In this document: positions 1 through 8,798 of the stretch, piece by piece | Layout of the letters: each line of letters starts with the position of its first letter | Position numbering within the stretch: the stretch's first letter is position 1 | From: an uncultured delta proteobacterium | GTDB taxonomy: Bacteria; Desulfobacterota; Binatia; Binatales; Binataceae | Direction of reading: 5' to 3' | Assembly: GCA_963830715.1 (NCBI GenBank) | Contig: CAWHNS010000021.1 | Coordinates: forward strand, 211,005-275,004 | Length of the DNA: 64,000 nt | Notes under the pieces: model-generated | The model's input: only the letters and a program-made list of their open reading frames with translations | What the model was told of the DNA's origin: nothing | Database searches by the model: none | Translations under genes and position numbers: made by a program

Positions 1-2
1 CG

Positions 3-1403
3 CTCCTGCCCGGATGCGGCGGAGGCGGCGGAGGGGGGTTGCCGACTCCCGGCCCACCCGGGCCCTACATTGTTTCTATCACGATATGCGTCGGGGCGGC
101 CGCAGCTCCGACACCGACTCCGACACCAGTGACCCACCCGACTCCGACTCCGACTCCCTGCCCCGCCGCTACCAGCACCTCCGTGATGCAGGGCGCGATG
201 ATCGCCTTTCACGCGATGGCGACCACCAACACCGGATCGATGCCGGACATCACCACCGCCTCCGGGACGCTCTGGACATCGAGCCAGCCCGACATTCTCC
301 AAGTGACCCAACCGGGCGTGTTTTCCGGCGCATCCGAGGGATGCGCCTGCATCACCGCAAGCTCGGGAGGAATTTCGAGCAATCCGGTGGGAATCGCGGT
401 GCTCGGCGTCTCGACTCCTTCGTGCGCGCCTTGCAGTGCTTCCACCGATCGAAGCGCCGCGGTGCTCCAATGGACATTCGACGCGGGCGCTCCCATTCGC
501 GGGCCGATCGCGGTCGGTCCCGATGACAATCTCTACTTCGTCTCGGCCGACGGCTTCATGCACGCACTCGACGCGCGGGGCCGCGAGCGTTTCCGCCGGC
601 ATGCGGATTCGATCGCGTCCGCGACAGGCTTCGGCGGTGAGGTCTACGCGCAGGGAATTGACGGCGTTCTGCGTGCGATCGCGCCGGACGGCGCCGAGTT
701 GTGGAATCTCTCCGACGGCAGTGCCGCGGGCGCTCTCGCCGTAGCCGCGGACGGAACAATCTACGCCGGCGCGGATGGCGCCCTGCTCTCCATCAGCTCG
801 GACGGGCGCCGCAATTGGCGCGCCGCTATCGGCGAGGTCGCGGCGATAGCGCCGATTCCCGACGGCGGCGTGATCGCGGCCGTCGCGGGCGGGCGCCTCG
901 CCGCGTTCTCCTCGTCCGGTATCGAGCGATGGACGTTCATGCCGGACGGCGGCGCCTCCGGCCCGATCGCGATCGCCGATGGAATCGCTTACGCAGGTTC
1001 GGCAGGCGGCTACCTTCACGCTATCGCGCTCGAGTCCGGCGCGGAACTGTGGCGTATCGCGACGACCGGTACGAATGCACCGATTCGGTCAGGCCCTGCC
1101 GTCGGCGATGACGGCAATATCTACTTCGGGTCGGATCGATTCTACGCCGCCTCTCCCGATGGCGTTATCGTCGAGAAATATGACATTCCGGACGCCGGCG
1201 ACGCGGCGCCCCTCACGCTCGACGGCGGAGGAATATTGCTGCCGGGAGACGACGGTCTGATCGCGGCAGTTGACGCAGACGGGAGCTATCGATGGGGCGC
1301 GAGGCTGAACGGTCCAATAGAAGCGATCGCCACCGCCGCCGCGACAGGTCGGAACTTGATCTACATCGGCAACGCAAGCGGCCGTATCTACGCTATCAAG
1401 TAG
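3..1403 (+). CDS. PQQ-like beta-propeller repeat protein (5' partial, continues upstream of window)
   Basis: The frame is open from nt 3. It has a Pro/Thr linker (PTPTPTP), an Ig-like segment, then repeated DG.IYAG / DGNIYFGS blades typical of PQQ/BamB-type propellers. Confidence 0.6.
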   Translation, partial: LLPGCGGGGGGGLPTPGPPGPYIVSITICVGAAAAPTPTPTPVTHPTPTPTPCPAATSTSVMQGAMIAFHAMATTNTGSMPDITTASGTLWTSSQPDILQVTQPGVFSGASEGCACITASSGGISSNPVGIAVLGVSTPSCAPCSASTDRSAAVLQWTFDAGAPIRGPIAVGPDDNLYFVSADGFMHALDARGRERFRRHADSIASATGFGGEVYAQGIDGVLRAIAPDGAELWNLSDGSAAGALAVAADGTIYAGADGALLSISSDGRRNWRAAIGEVAAIAPIPDGGVIAAVAGGRLAAFSSSGIERWTFMPDGGASGPIAIADGIAYAGSAGGYLHAIALESGAELWRIATTGTNAPIRSGPAVGDDGNIYFGSDRFYAASPDGVIVEKYDIPDAGDAAPLTLDGGGILLPGDDGLIAAVDADGSYRWGARLNGPIEAIATAAATGRNLIYIGNASGRIYAIK

Positions 1404-1444
1404 CTCTCGCATTCTCCGTGGGGACGTAGAGAAAGGTCATGGGG

Positions 1445-1500
1445 CGGAAGAAGCGAGCCCCGAAGTGAAAAACGGAAGCGAAGCGAGCCCGAAGTGAAAA
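1445..1500 (+). repeat. Tandem ~28-bp direct duplication overlapping the start codon of the FtsX permease
   Basis: CGGAAG-AAGCGAGCCCCGAAGTGAAAAA (1445-1472) is followed by CGGAAGCGAAGCGAGCCC-GAAGTGAAAA (1473-1500). Aligned by hand. Confidence 0.7.
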
Positions 1501-2648
1501 CAATGCTGGCGCTTCTTCCGCTGGCCGCGCATAACCTGTTGCGCCGCAACCGCAGGCGCACGATTCTCACCCTTTCAACCGTCGCGGCCGCGACGCTGGT
1601 GTTCTGCGCGGTGATGGCCGTGCCTTACGTCACGTCGCGGATCGCCCATATCGCCGATGAGTCCCCGCGCCTGGTGGTTGTCAATCGCGCCTCACCCCGC
1701 TACGAACTTCCCGAGTCTTACTATGACAAGATCGTGAGCCTGCCCGACGTCGTTGCCGTCAACCGGATGCTCTGGTTGGGCGGCGTCTATGATGACCCCA
1801 AGGATCAGTTCCCCACGATGGCGATGGATGCGGACAACCTCGAGGTTGTGTGGCCCGAGTATCGGTTCCAGCCGGCAATGCTGGCCGAGTTCAGAAGGCT
1901 CAAGAACGCGGCGCTGGTCGGCGCCGCGACGATGCATCGCTTCGGATGGCGCGTCGGCCAGGATGTCGCGCTGAGGAGCCAAATCTATCCGGTGACGTTG
2001 ACCTTCCGAATCGCCGGCGCTTACGACCAGGGACCCGATTTGACCGCCTTCATGTTCCGTCGGGACTACCTTGACGCCGCCCTGCACAATGTCGGGAAAG
2101 TGGACTTTCTGTGGGTGCGATGCGCCAGCGTGGAGGCGACCACCCGCGTCGCGCAGGCGATTGACGAAATGTTCAGGAACTCGGGCGCGGAAACTCAGAC
2201 CAGCACCGAAAAGGCGTTCCTCACCGACCTCCTGGCCCGCTTCCAGCCGCTCACCCGGATCATCGAGGGAATCGGGATCATCTCGGTCGTCGCACTGGCG
2301 CTCGCCATCCTCAACGCCACCTCGATGAGCCTGCGCGAGCGGCGAAACGAGCTCGCCGTGCTGAGGAGCCTCGGCTTCGTCGGCGGCCAGATCCTCGTCT
2401 CGCTTGCGCTCGAAGGCGTGCTGGTCGCGGTCGGTGGCGGAATACTGGGCACGCTGCTGGCGCGCGCGGCGCTCGGATGGGCGCGCGGCTCGGTTCCGGC
2501 GCTCGGGCCGTTACTGTCCTTCGGGCTGCCGAACGGGGTGATGGCCGAGGGAATCGGGGCCGCGCTCGTGATCGGGCTGGTATCGGCAGTCGCGCCCGCA
2601 ATCGCGGCCCTGCGCTCGGGCGTGGCCGACACGCTGCGCCGCGTGTGA
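1494..2648 (+). CDS. ABC transporter permease, FtsX/MacB-like
   Basis: N-terminal LLRRNRRRTILTLSTV transmembrane helix, a large periplasmic domain, and a C-terminal 3-TM FtsX block (ERRNELAVLRSLGF). GTG start at 1494, or ATG at 1503. Confidence 0.8.
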   Translation: MKTMLALLPLAAHNLLRRNRRRTILTLSTVAAATLVFCAVMAVPYVTSRIAHIADESPRLVVVNRASPRYELPESYYDKIVSLPDVVAVNRMLWLGGVYDDPKDQFPTMAMDADNLEVVWPEYRFQPAMLAEFRRLKNAALVGAATMHRFGWRVGQDVALRSQIYPVTLTFRIAGAYDQGPDLTAFMFRRDYLDAALHNVGKVDFLWVRCASVEATTRVAQAIDEMFRNSGAETQTSTEKAFLTDLLARFQPLTRIIEGIGIISVVALALAILNATSMSLRERRNELAVLRSLGFVGGQILVSLALEGVLVAVGGGILGTLLARAALGWARGSVPALGPLLSFGLPNGVMAEGIGAALVIGLVSAVAPAIAALRSGVADTLRRV

Positions 2649-2673
2649 CCCGATAGTCCATCGCAAGTGACAA

Positions 2674-3114
2674 GTGAAATCCGCGCTGCCAATCGTGGTC
2701 GTCAGGGTCGTGACGCCGGCTCAATTGGCGGATGCGTACTCGATTCGGCGCCGCGTCTTCATCGAAGAACAGCAAGTGCCCGAGGAAATCGAGATGGACT
2801 CCGATGACGCGCGCGCATTCCATGCGCTCGCGCTCGCGGGTGGCGAAGCGATCGGATGCGGCAGGATGGTCGTGCATGGCGCGGAGACAAAGATCGGGCG
2901 GATGGCGGTGGTGCGCGACTGGCGAGAGAGGGGCGCAGGCCGCGCGATCCTGGAATTCCTGATCGAAGCCGCGCGCGCGAGCGGCTGCCGGAAGGCGGTG
3001 CTGCACGCGCAGCTCCACGCGGAAGTTTTCTACCTGAAGAACGGTTTCACTCCAGTCGGCGAAGTATTCGAGGAAGCGGGCATTCCACATCGCAGGATGG
3101 AGCGCGCCCTGTGA
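2674..3114 (+). CDS. GNAT family N-acetyltransferase
   Basis: RRRVFIEEQQVP and the acetyl-CoA motif RMAVVRDWRERGAGRAILE. 146 aa, GTG start. Confidence 0.85.
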   Translation: MKSALPIVVVRVVTPAQLADAYSIRRRVFIEEQQVPEEIEMDSDDARAFHALALAGGEAIGCGRMVVHGAETKIGRMAVVRDWRERGAGRAILEFLIEAARASGCRKAVLHAQLHAEVFYLKNGFTPVGEVFEEAGIPHRRMERAL

Positions 3115-3152
3115 CCGGAGTGTCTGCCGCTGCCTTCCCCCTGCTTGCGTAG

Positions 3153-3172
3153 GGGCGGGTCGCGACCCGCCC
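3153..3172. repeat. Perfect 20-nt palindrome (hairpin) 39 nt after the GNAT stop
   Basis: GGGCGGGTCG/CGACCCGCCC, every position checked for complementarity. No U-tract follows, so a terminator role is uncertain. Confidence 0.5.
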
Positions 3173-3200
3173 GTCTCGGGATGTTCGCCGGTTTCTGGTT

Positions 3201-3240
3201 CCCTCTCCCACGAGATGGGAGAGGGCGAGGGTGAGGGTCC
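3201..3240. repeat. REP-like hairpin element CCCTCTCCC-N7-GGGAGAGGG followed by CGAGGGTGAGGGTCC
   Basis: 9-bp perfect stem. The same CCCTCTCCC/GGGAGAGGG stem recurs at 27844-27865. The GGGTGAGGGTCC tail is repeated in inverted orientation at 3323-3334. Confidence 0.55.
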
Positions 3241-3688
3241 TACAGTTAATTGATGATGGACTACAACCTGTAGGCTACATCCTTGCGCGCAGAAGGCTGG
3301 CAGTGCGCAGAAGACCCTGTCTGGACCCTCACCCGCGCCGCGCGGAACGACACTGAGGTCGCAGCGCAATCTATCGCGCGTCTTGCCCTCTCCCGCATGG
3401 CGCGGACGAGGGACCTTAGGAGCTCCGCCAAGCATGGGAGCGCGTTTCTCTTTTGTGAGCGCGCGAGCGTAGAATCAGCGCTCACATGGCGCTGCTCAAC
3501 CGCTTCCGCTGGCGCTCACTCGAAGGCGAGTCTTCTGCACCCACTACCTGAAGACGCTCGACCGCGGCCGCAAGCGGTGGCGAGCGACCCACGATTGTGC
3601 ACGAAATGCGCGCGCGCGATGAGCGCGGAAAGGTTCTTATGAGCTCGGCGAAAAAGTGCCTCTGGCACAACACAGGGAGGAACGGGAA

Positions 3689-4186
3689 ATGCGTAGTGTA
3701 AAGTTTTTTGGTCTATTGGCGATGGCCGCGATGCTGGCCGCGACAGCCGCGATGGCGACGGGCGTCCTGCCGCCGGGAAACCGGAACCCTGCGCTGCTCA
3801 ACGGAACCTTTGGCTTCAGTTTCAATGGTGGTTACTTCAGCGACAGCACAGTCAGAGCCTCGGGCGCCGGCACGATCACGTTCGATGGTAGAGGCAACGT
3901 GGTCGGTGGCATCATCAAGTGCGATATCTACGGTGGCCAGTGGAACTCAGCCATTACCGGCGGCAGCTACTCCGTCAACCTCGACGGCAGCGGCTACGTC
4001 ACGATAGACACGGCACACAGCGGTCCCAACGACGCCAACGTCTGCAACGCATTCAACGCGGGGGTTGACCTGTTCATCAGCGTCGTTAGCGGCGGGACGA
4101 AGATACACTTCGCCACCGACGGCAGCAATAATTTCCACGGGACCGGGGAATTCGTCCCCTTCAACGGCGAAATGTACGCCCAGTAG
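3689..4186 (+). CDS. Secreted protein of unknown function, tandem paralog A
   Basis: ATG at 3689 with GGGAGG 9 nt upstream. Signal peptide MRSVKFFGLLAMAAMLAATAAMA, two Cys, 165 aa. 131/165 residues identical to the next gene (hand count). Confidence 0.7.
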   Translation: MRSVKFFGLLAMAAMLAATAAMATGVLPPGNRNPALLNGTFGFSFNGGYFSDSTVRASGAGTITFDGRGNVVGGIIKCDIYGGQWNSAITGGSYSVNLDGSGYVTIDTAHSGPNDANVCNAFNAGVDLFISVVSGGTKIHFATDGSNNFHGTGEFVPFNGEMYAQ

Positions 4187-4223
4187 AGCCTTCGGGGCAC
4201 AAGAACGAACGGAGGATGGAAAG

Positions 4224-4721
4224 ATGCGTAGAGTACAGTTAATTGGTCTATTGGCGATGGCCGCGATGGTGGCCGCGACGGTCGCGATGGCGGCGGGCAC
4301 CCTGCCGCCGGGAAACCGGAACCCGGCGCTGCTCAACGGAACCTTTGGCTTCAGTTTCAATGGTGGTTTCTACAACGACACCACAGCCAGAGCCTCGGGC
4401 GCCGGCACGATCACGTTCGATGGTAGAGGCAACGTGGTCGGTGGCATCATCCACTGCGATGAAAACACCGGCCAGCGGGACTCAGCTATTACCGGCGGCA
4501 GGTACTCCGTCAACCTCGACGGCAGCGGCTACGTCACGATAAACACGGCCCTCAGCGGTCCCAACGACGACTACGTCTGCAACACAGGCAACGCCGGGGT
4601 TGACCTGTTCATCAGCGTCGTTAGCGGCGGAGCGAAGATACGCTTCGCGACCGACGGCAGCGGCAATTTCTACGACACGGGGTATTTCGTCCCGTTCAAC
4701 GGCGAAATGGACGCCGAGTGA
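4224..4721 (+). CDS. Secreted protein of unknown function, tandem paralog B
   Basis: ATG at 4224 with GGAGGA RBS. Signal peptide MRRVQLIGLLAMAAMVAATVAMA, 165 aa, collinear with paralog A. Confidence 0.7.
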   Translation: MRRVQLIGLLAMAAMVAATVAMAAGTLPPGNRNPALLNGTFGFSFNGGFYNDTTARASGAGTITFDGRGNVVGGIIHCDENTGQRDSAITGGRYSVNLDGSGYVTINTALSGPNDDYVCNTGNAGVDLFISVVSGGAKIRFATDGSGNFYDTGYFVPFNGEMDAE

Positions 4722-4910
4722 CTCGTCTTTAGCCGGACCCCTCCAAACCACCCTCAGCGACACGCCGCTGAGGGCGGCTGCATCCTCCCGCGTCGCCCTC
4801 TGCCTGCCTCAGACATTATGTAAAGCCCGGGTCCTCTGTGGTGACTCGGAGGCCGCGGTCGGACCCCGCTCGGCGGGCGCCTCACGAGCCGGCCCTGCGA
4901 GGAGAACGCG

Positions 4911-5732
4911 CTACAGGCCCGCGACGAACTTCTCGATCGATCTCGCGAGCGCGTCGGGACGTTCCAGGGGCAGATGGTGATGCGCACCGGGAATCACTTC
5001 GAGGCGCGCGCGCGGATTCGATTCGACCGCGTGCTGCGCGCCCTCGGCAGTCATGATCCTGCTCATCTCGCCCCGGATCAGCAGCAGCGGGACGCGCGCG
5101 CCGCGAATCGCGCTCATCACCTCGATACCGTCGCTGCCGAAAAAGCTCTCACGATCGAACTTGAGCGTGTAGCGGCCGTGCTCGGTGCGCCCGAGGCTCT
5201 TCTCCGCAATCGCCGCCACGACCGCAGGCGCGATCGCCCCTTCCGACGGTATCAGGCGAAATCGCGCCTTTGCGGTGTCGAGGTCGGGGTAGGTGACGGT
5301 CGGCAGCGCTTTCAGCCGCCGCAGGTAACGATCACGGCCGCGGCTCGAAGTGACGGCCACATCGACAGCCACCGCTGCGACCGCGCCGCTGTGGTATCGC
5401 TCGAGGAACGCAAGCACCGATACTCCGCCCATGCTATGCCCGACAATCACCGCGCGCTTAAGTCCGCGCGCCGCGATGAAACGCGACAGGTCGTGCGCGT
5501 AGTCGGCGGGACTGTATGCCGCCGGGCGGACCCATTCGCTGTCGCCATGCCCGCGCTGGTCGATCGCGATCATGTGAAACCGCGACGGCATCAGCGCGGC
5601 GAGCGGCTCCCACCACCACGCATTCGCCGAATTGCCGTGAAGCAGGACGAGCGTATGCGCGCCGCCGGGATTCCATTCGAGATAGTGGAGCCGGGGCTGC
5701 CCTTCGAGAAAATGGCGCACCGGACCGCTCAC
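4911..5732 (-). CDS. Alpha/beta hydrolase
   Basis: HGNSANAWWW, DQRGHGDS and the nucleophile elbow GHSMGG. The start is most likely GTG at 5732, in a GTGA overlap with the upstream stop. The longer ORF-track N-terminus is Arg-rich junk. Confidence 0.8.
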   Translation of the reverse strand: MSGPVRHFLEGQPRLHYLEWNPGGAHTLVLLHGNSANAWWWEPLAALMPSRFHMIAIDQRGHGDSEWVRPAAYSPADYAHDLSRFIAARGLKRAVIVGHSMGGVSVLAFLERYHSGAVAAVAVDVAVTSSRGRDRYLRRLKALPTVTYPDLDTAKARFRLIPSEGAIAPAVVAAIAEKSLGRTEHGRYTLKFDRESFFGSDGIEVMSAIRGARVPLLLIRGEMSRIMTAEGAQHAVESNPRARLEVIPGAHHHLPLERPDALARSIEKFVAGL

Positions 5733-6514
5733 GGCAGATTCGAGACGAAATTCCGCAGTACCGCGATCAACGCGGCGGGATTGTCGAGCATCACGTGATG
5801 GTGCGAATTGGCGACTTCGACCAGGTGGCCGTCGGGCATGCTCTCTGCCATCCGGCGCGCGATGCCGAGGTCGAGCAGCGGACTCTCTCTGACCTTGACG
5901 ATCAGGGTCGGACATTTGATTTCCGGCAACAGTCCCCAGACGTCGAGCGGTTCGCGGATCATCGTGCGGCGATCGAGCTTGTGAGTCCACTTGCCGTCGC
6001 CGTCCCCACGGAATGTCAACTGCGCGACGTGCAGGAGCACTTCGGGCGCGGCTTTGGTCTCGCGCGGCAGCAGCCTGAAATTGCGCACCGCCTCCGCGAG
6101 CGAATCGTAGCGGCGCGCCGGGCGCTCGGCGACGCTGCGCAGGAAATCCACCGCTCGCTGCGGGTAATCAGGCGTGCTGTCAACCACGACCAGGCCGCGT
6201 ATCGAGGCGTGCTCGGCGGCGGCGTAGAGCATCGCGTTATGCCCGCCCATCGAGTGGCCCACGATCACCGGCGCTCCGTAGTCCCATCCTGAGATCACCG
6301 CCGCCAGGTCGGCCACGTAGTGCAGCGATCCATAGGCCCATTGCGCGGCCCATTGGCTGTCGCCGTGACCGCGCTGATCGAGCGCGAGCGGATGGTAGTC
6401 GGACGCCAGGGCCGGGGCGACAAAATCCCACCAATGGGCGTGCGCCGATCCGCCGTGCAGAAAGAGAATCGAGGGCTTACCGGCGCCGCCGTAGCCGTAT
6501 TCGAGGCAGTTCAA
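5729..6514 (-). CDS. Alpha/beta hydrolase
   Basis: LFLHGGSAHAHWWDF, DQRGHGDS and GHSMGG. Paralogous to the downstream gene. Confidence 0.8.
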   Translation of the reverse strand: MNCLEYGYGGAGKPSILFLHGGSAHAHWWDFVAPALASDYHPLALDQRGHGDSQWAAQWAYGSLHYVADLAAVISGWDYGAPVIVGHSMGGHNAMLYAAAEHASIRGLVVVDSTPDYPQRAVDFLRSVAERPARRYDSLAEAVRNFRLLPRETKAAPEVLLHVAQLTFRGDGDGKWTHKLDRRTMIREPLDVWGLLPEIKCPTLIVKVRESPLLDLGIARRMAESMPDGHLVEVANSHHHVMLDNPAALIAVLRNFVSNLP

Positions 6515-6651
6515 TTCCAGCCCCGCGGCCCTGAATCTCAGGCTTGTAGAACTCGTCTTCAGAATCGTGGCTCCGGCATCAAGCGCCGCACCACCGGCTT
6601 AGGAACGCCAGCTTTGAATATCGGACCTTTCGTGCCACGATCTATTGCGTT

Positions 6652-7245
6652 GTGAGAACCGGTTTGATTCGGAAACAACGGGGCTTGAAAGCGGCCGCGA
6701 TATTCCTGCTCGGACTTACGCTTGGTCTAGCGGGCCCGGCGCTGGTTCGCGCCCAGAGCTCCGATCGCGCCAAGGCGATGGCTTTGGTCGACGCCGCGAT
6801 CAAGATGACCAACGGTGACCAGGCAGTCAAGCTGCTCTGGCAGGCGACCGATATCGATCCGACCCTGAACGATTCCTACTTGTACCTGGGCCTCTACTAC
6901 AACTCGCGCGAAGATTTCGAAAAAGTAGTCGAAGTCTACAAGAAGCTGGTGAAGTACCAGCCCACCGGCGCGGTTGCGGTCAGCTCCTATCTGAATATCG
7001 GCGAGGCTTACCTGTCGTTCAAGCCGCCCAGATACGACGACGCCCTGCCCTATTACCGCAAGGCCTACGAGCTCGACTCCGGTTCATCTCTGGCCGCGCT
7101 TCGACTCGGCGAGATCCTGGCGAACCAGGGAAATCGCACCGACGCCGCACGCTACCTCAAGCAGGCCAGCGGCGACACCGGCAAGGACTCGGCGATCGCG
7201 TCGGAGGCGCGAAAGCTGCTGGATCAGATCGGCGGTCCTCTATAG
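6652..7245 (+). CDS. Secreted TPR-repeat protein
   Basis: Signal peptide ending VRAQS, followed by TPR-like helices (YLYLGLYYNSREDFEKVVEVYKKLV, GEAYLS, YRKAYEL). Confidence 0.75.
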   Translation: MRTGLIRKQRGLKAAAIFLLGLTLGLAGPALVRAQSSDRAKAMALVDAAIKMTNGDQAVKLLWQATDIDPTLNDSYLYLGLYYNSREDFEKVVEVYKKLVKYQPTGAVAVSSYLNIGEAYLSFKPPRYDDALPYYRKAYELDSGSSLAALRLGEILANQGNRTDAARYLKQASGDTGKDSAIASEARKLLDQIGGPL

Positions 7246-7284
7246 TCGAACGAAGTCGGGCACAGCCGGGCTGCGACTGTGGCG

Positions 7285-7650
7285 TCAAGGCTGCGGTTCC
7301 GGGGAGTGCCTGAACTGGCCGCGCCCCAATCTGAAGGATTTGTCGAACTTGGCCTGTTGCTCCGGCGTCAGTGCCGCGCGAATCCGCTCCGACGCCTGGC
7401 TGAGCAACTGGTCGTGTTGCTTCCGGAATTCGTGGCGCATCTGGTCCATCTTCGAGTGCGTGTCCTCGAGCACCTCTCCGATCTGATCATGCTGGGCCTG
7501 AGTCAGATTCAGCTCCCGATCCATCCGCAGCATGATCGTCCGCTCGGGTACATGCAGCAACCGGTAGCGATAGGCCAGCGTGCTGGCCGCAAATCCGATC
7601 AGCAGCCCGCCCAGCAAAGCGAGCCCGGTGAAGAGCGATCTAGCCGGCAA
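7285..7650 (-). CDS. Periplasmic Spy/CpxP-family (LTxxQ) protein
   Basis: N-terminal transmembrane/signal segment and two LTxxQ motifs (LTQAQ, LTPEQ). Lies immediately downstream of the anti-sigma gene. Confidence 0.6.
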   Translation of the reverse strand: MPARSLFTGLALLGGLLIGFAASTLAYRYRLLHVPERTIMLRMDRELNLTQAQHDQIGEVLEDTHSKMDQMRHEFRKQHDQLLSQASERIRAALTPEQQAKFDKSFRLGRGQFRHSPEPQP

Positions 7651-8062
7651 AGTCGTTCAGCGACGGCGGCAGCTCTTCCTGGCCCGCCAGCTCGCTGGCC
7701 GGCTCGGGATTGCTGATCGCGTCGTCGAGGGTCTGCCGGGGGGCGGCTGTCGCCAGATATGCGGCGAAACCCGCCGCGAAGACCATCGCGAGCATCGCGC
7801 AGACCGCTCTCAGCGTGGGCGGCGCATTGTCGCCGCCGCGGCGCATCGCGGAGACCGATCGCGACGCGTGCCGGTGCGACGGCGTTCCGCGGGCGGGAAT
7901 CGCATCGGAATAGAGCAGAGGACCGGTAAGGGCGAAGGTACGGAACGCGCGATCGCATCCCGCGCACTCCTTGAGATGCCCCAGCAGTTCCTCGCGCGCC
8001 TGGGGCTCCAGCGTTTTGCGCCAGAAGGCCGCAAATCCGTTCCTGGTCTCAAAGCAGTTCAT
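7640..8062 (-). CDS. Anti-sigma factor, zf-HC2 type
   Basis: H-x3-C-x2-C motif (GHLKECAGCD), a central TM helix, and an ATG at 8062 overlapping the end of the sigma gene. Confidence 0.75.
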   Translation of the reverse strand: MNCFETRNGFAAFWRKTLEPQAREELLGHLKECAGCDRAFRTFALTGPLLYSDAIPARGTPSHRHASRSVSAMRRGGDNAPPTLRAVCAMLAMVFAAGFAAYLATAAPRQTLDDAISNPEPASELAGQEELPPSLNDFAG

Positions 8063-8728
8063 TGATTCCTCGATAACCGCGCGCAGCCAGAATCCGGTCC
8101 GCCTGCTTCCGCATCGACTGGCGCGCGCGAAACGCGCGGATTTTCACCTTGGCCGCGCTCCATCCGGTGATTTTCGCGATCTCGGCGACGCTCATCTCCT
8201 CGCTCTCCCGGAGGATCAGAACCATGCGGTCTTCGGGTCTGAGCGTGGCGAGCAGTTGATGGGCCACGTCGTGCGCCTCGCGGCGGAGTCGGCGGCCTCT
8301 ACGATTTTCTCCGGAGTCGCCGTCGAAACCAGTTCGACCCAGTTGCCGACTGCGGGTGAACTGAAATCGGCGACCGATTCCTCGGGACGACGGCGCCGCT
8401 TGCGCAACTCGTCGTAGCAGACGTTGACCACGATCGCTCGCAGCCATCCTGCGAACGGCTCCTCGAGGCGGTAACCCGGAAGGCCGGTGAAGGCCTTGAT
8501 GAAACTCTCCTGCGAGAGGTCGCGCACGATCTCCGGGTCGGAGAAGAAACGCCGACACAGCCGCTCGACTCGCCGCCGATGGCGCGACGCGAGCTCGGCG
8601 AATGCCGCGTGGCGCCCGGCCAGCACCTCGACCACTAACTGCTCGTCGGTCTGTTCCGAACTCGGGCCGGGTTCGGTGGTCTCTGCCAACGCCGCTTCCA
8701 TTCCTGTCTCTGAATACGTCTCGGACAT
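8049..8728 (-). CDS. ECF (sigma-70 family) RNA polymerase sigma factor, apparent frameshift near 8272-8286
   Basis: Region 2 (RRFFSDPEIVRDLSQESFIKAF ... WLRAIVVNVCYDELRKRRR) is in one frame. Region 4 (LRPEDRMVLILRESEEMSVAEIAKITGWSAAKVKIRAFRARQ) is in another. The span is 680 nt (3n+2). Confidence 0.75.
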
Positions 8729-8798
8729 CGCCGGGTTACGCTCGGTCACATGATAGCCCAGTGGCCTCGTATGGCGCCAATTCAGGCGTCGCGCCCAG

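Noticed and set aside
2311-3435. 374-aa minus-strand ORF spanning the GNAT gene and the repeat-rich intergenic region
   Set aside because: It is extremely Arg/Pro/Ala-rich. It runs antisense to a well-supported GNAT gene and then passes through REP-like hairpins. This is a typical shadow ORF of GC-rich DNA.
3660-3680. CTGGCACAACACAGGGAGG just upstream of secreted paralog A looked like a sigma-54 -24 box
   Set aside because: Counting GG-N10 lands on GG, not GC, so there is no -12 element. The GGGAGG is better explained as the RBS.
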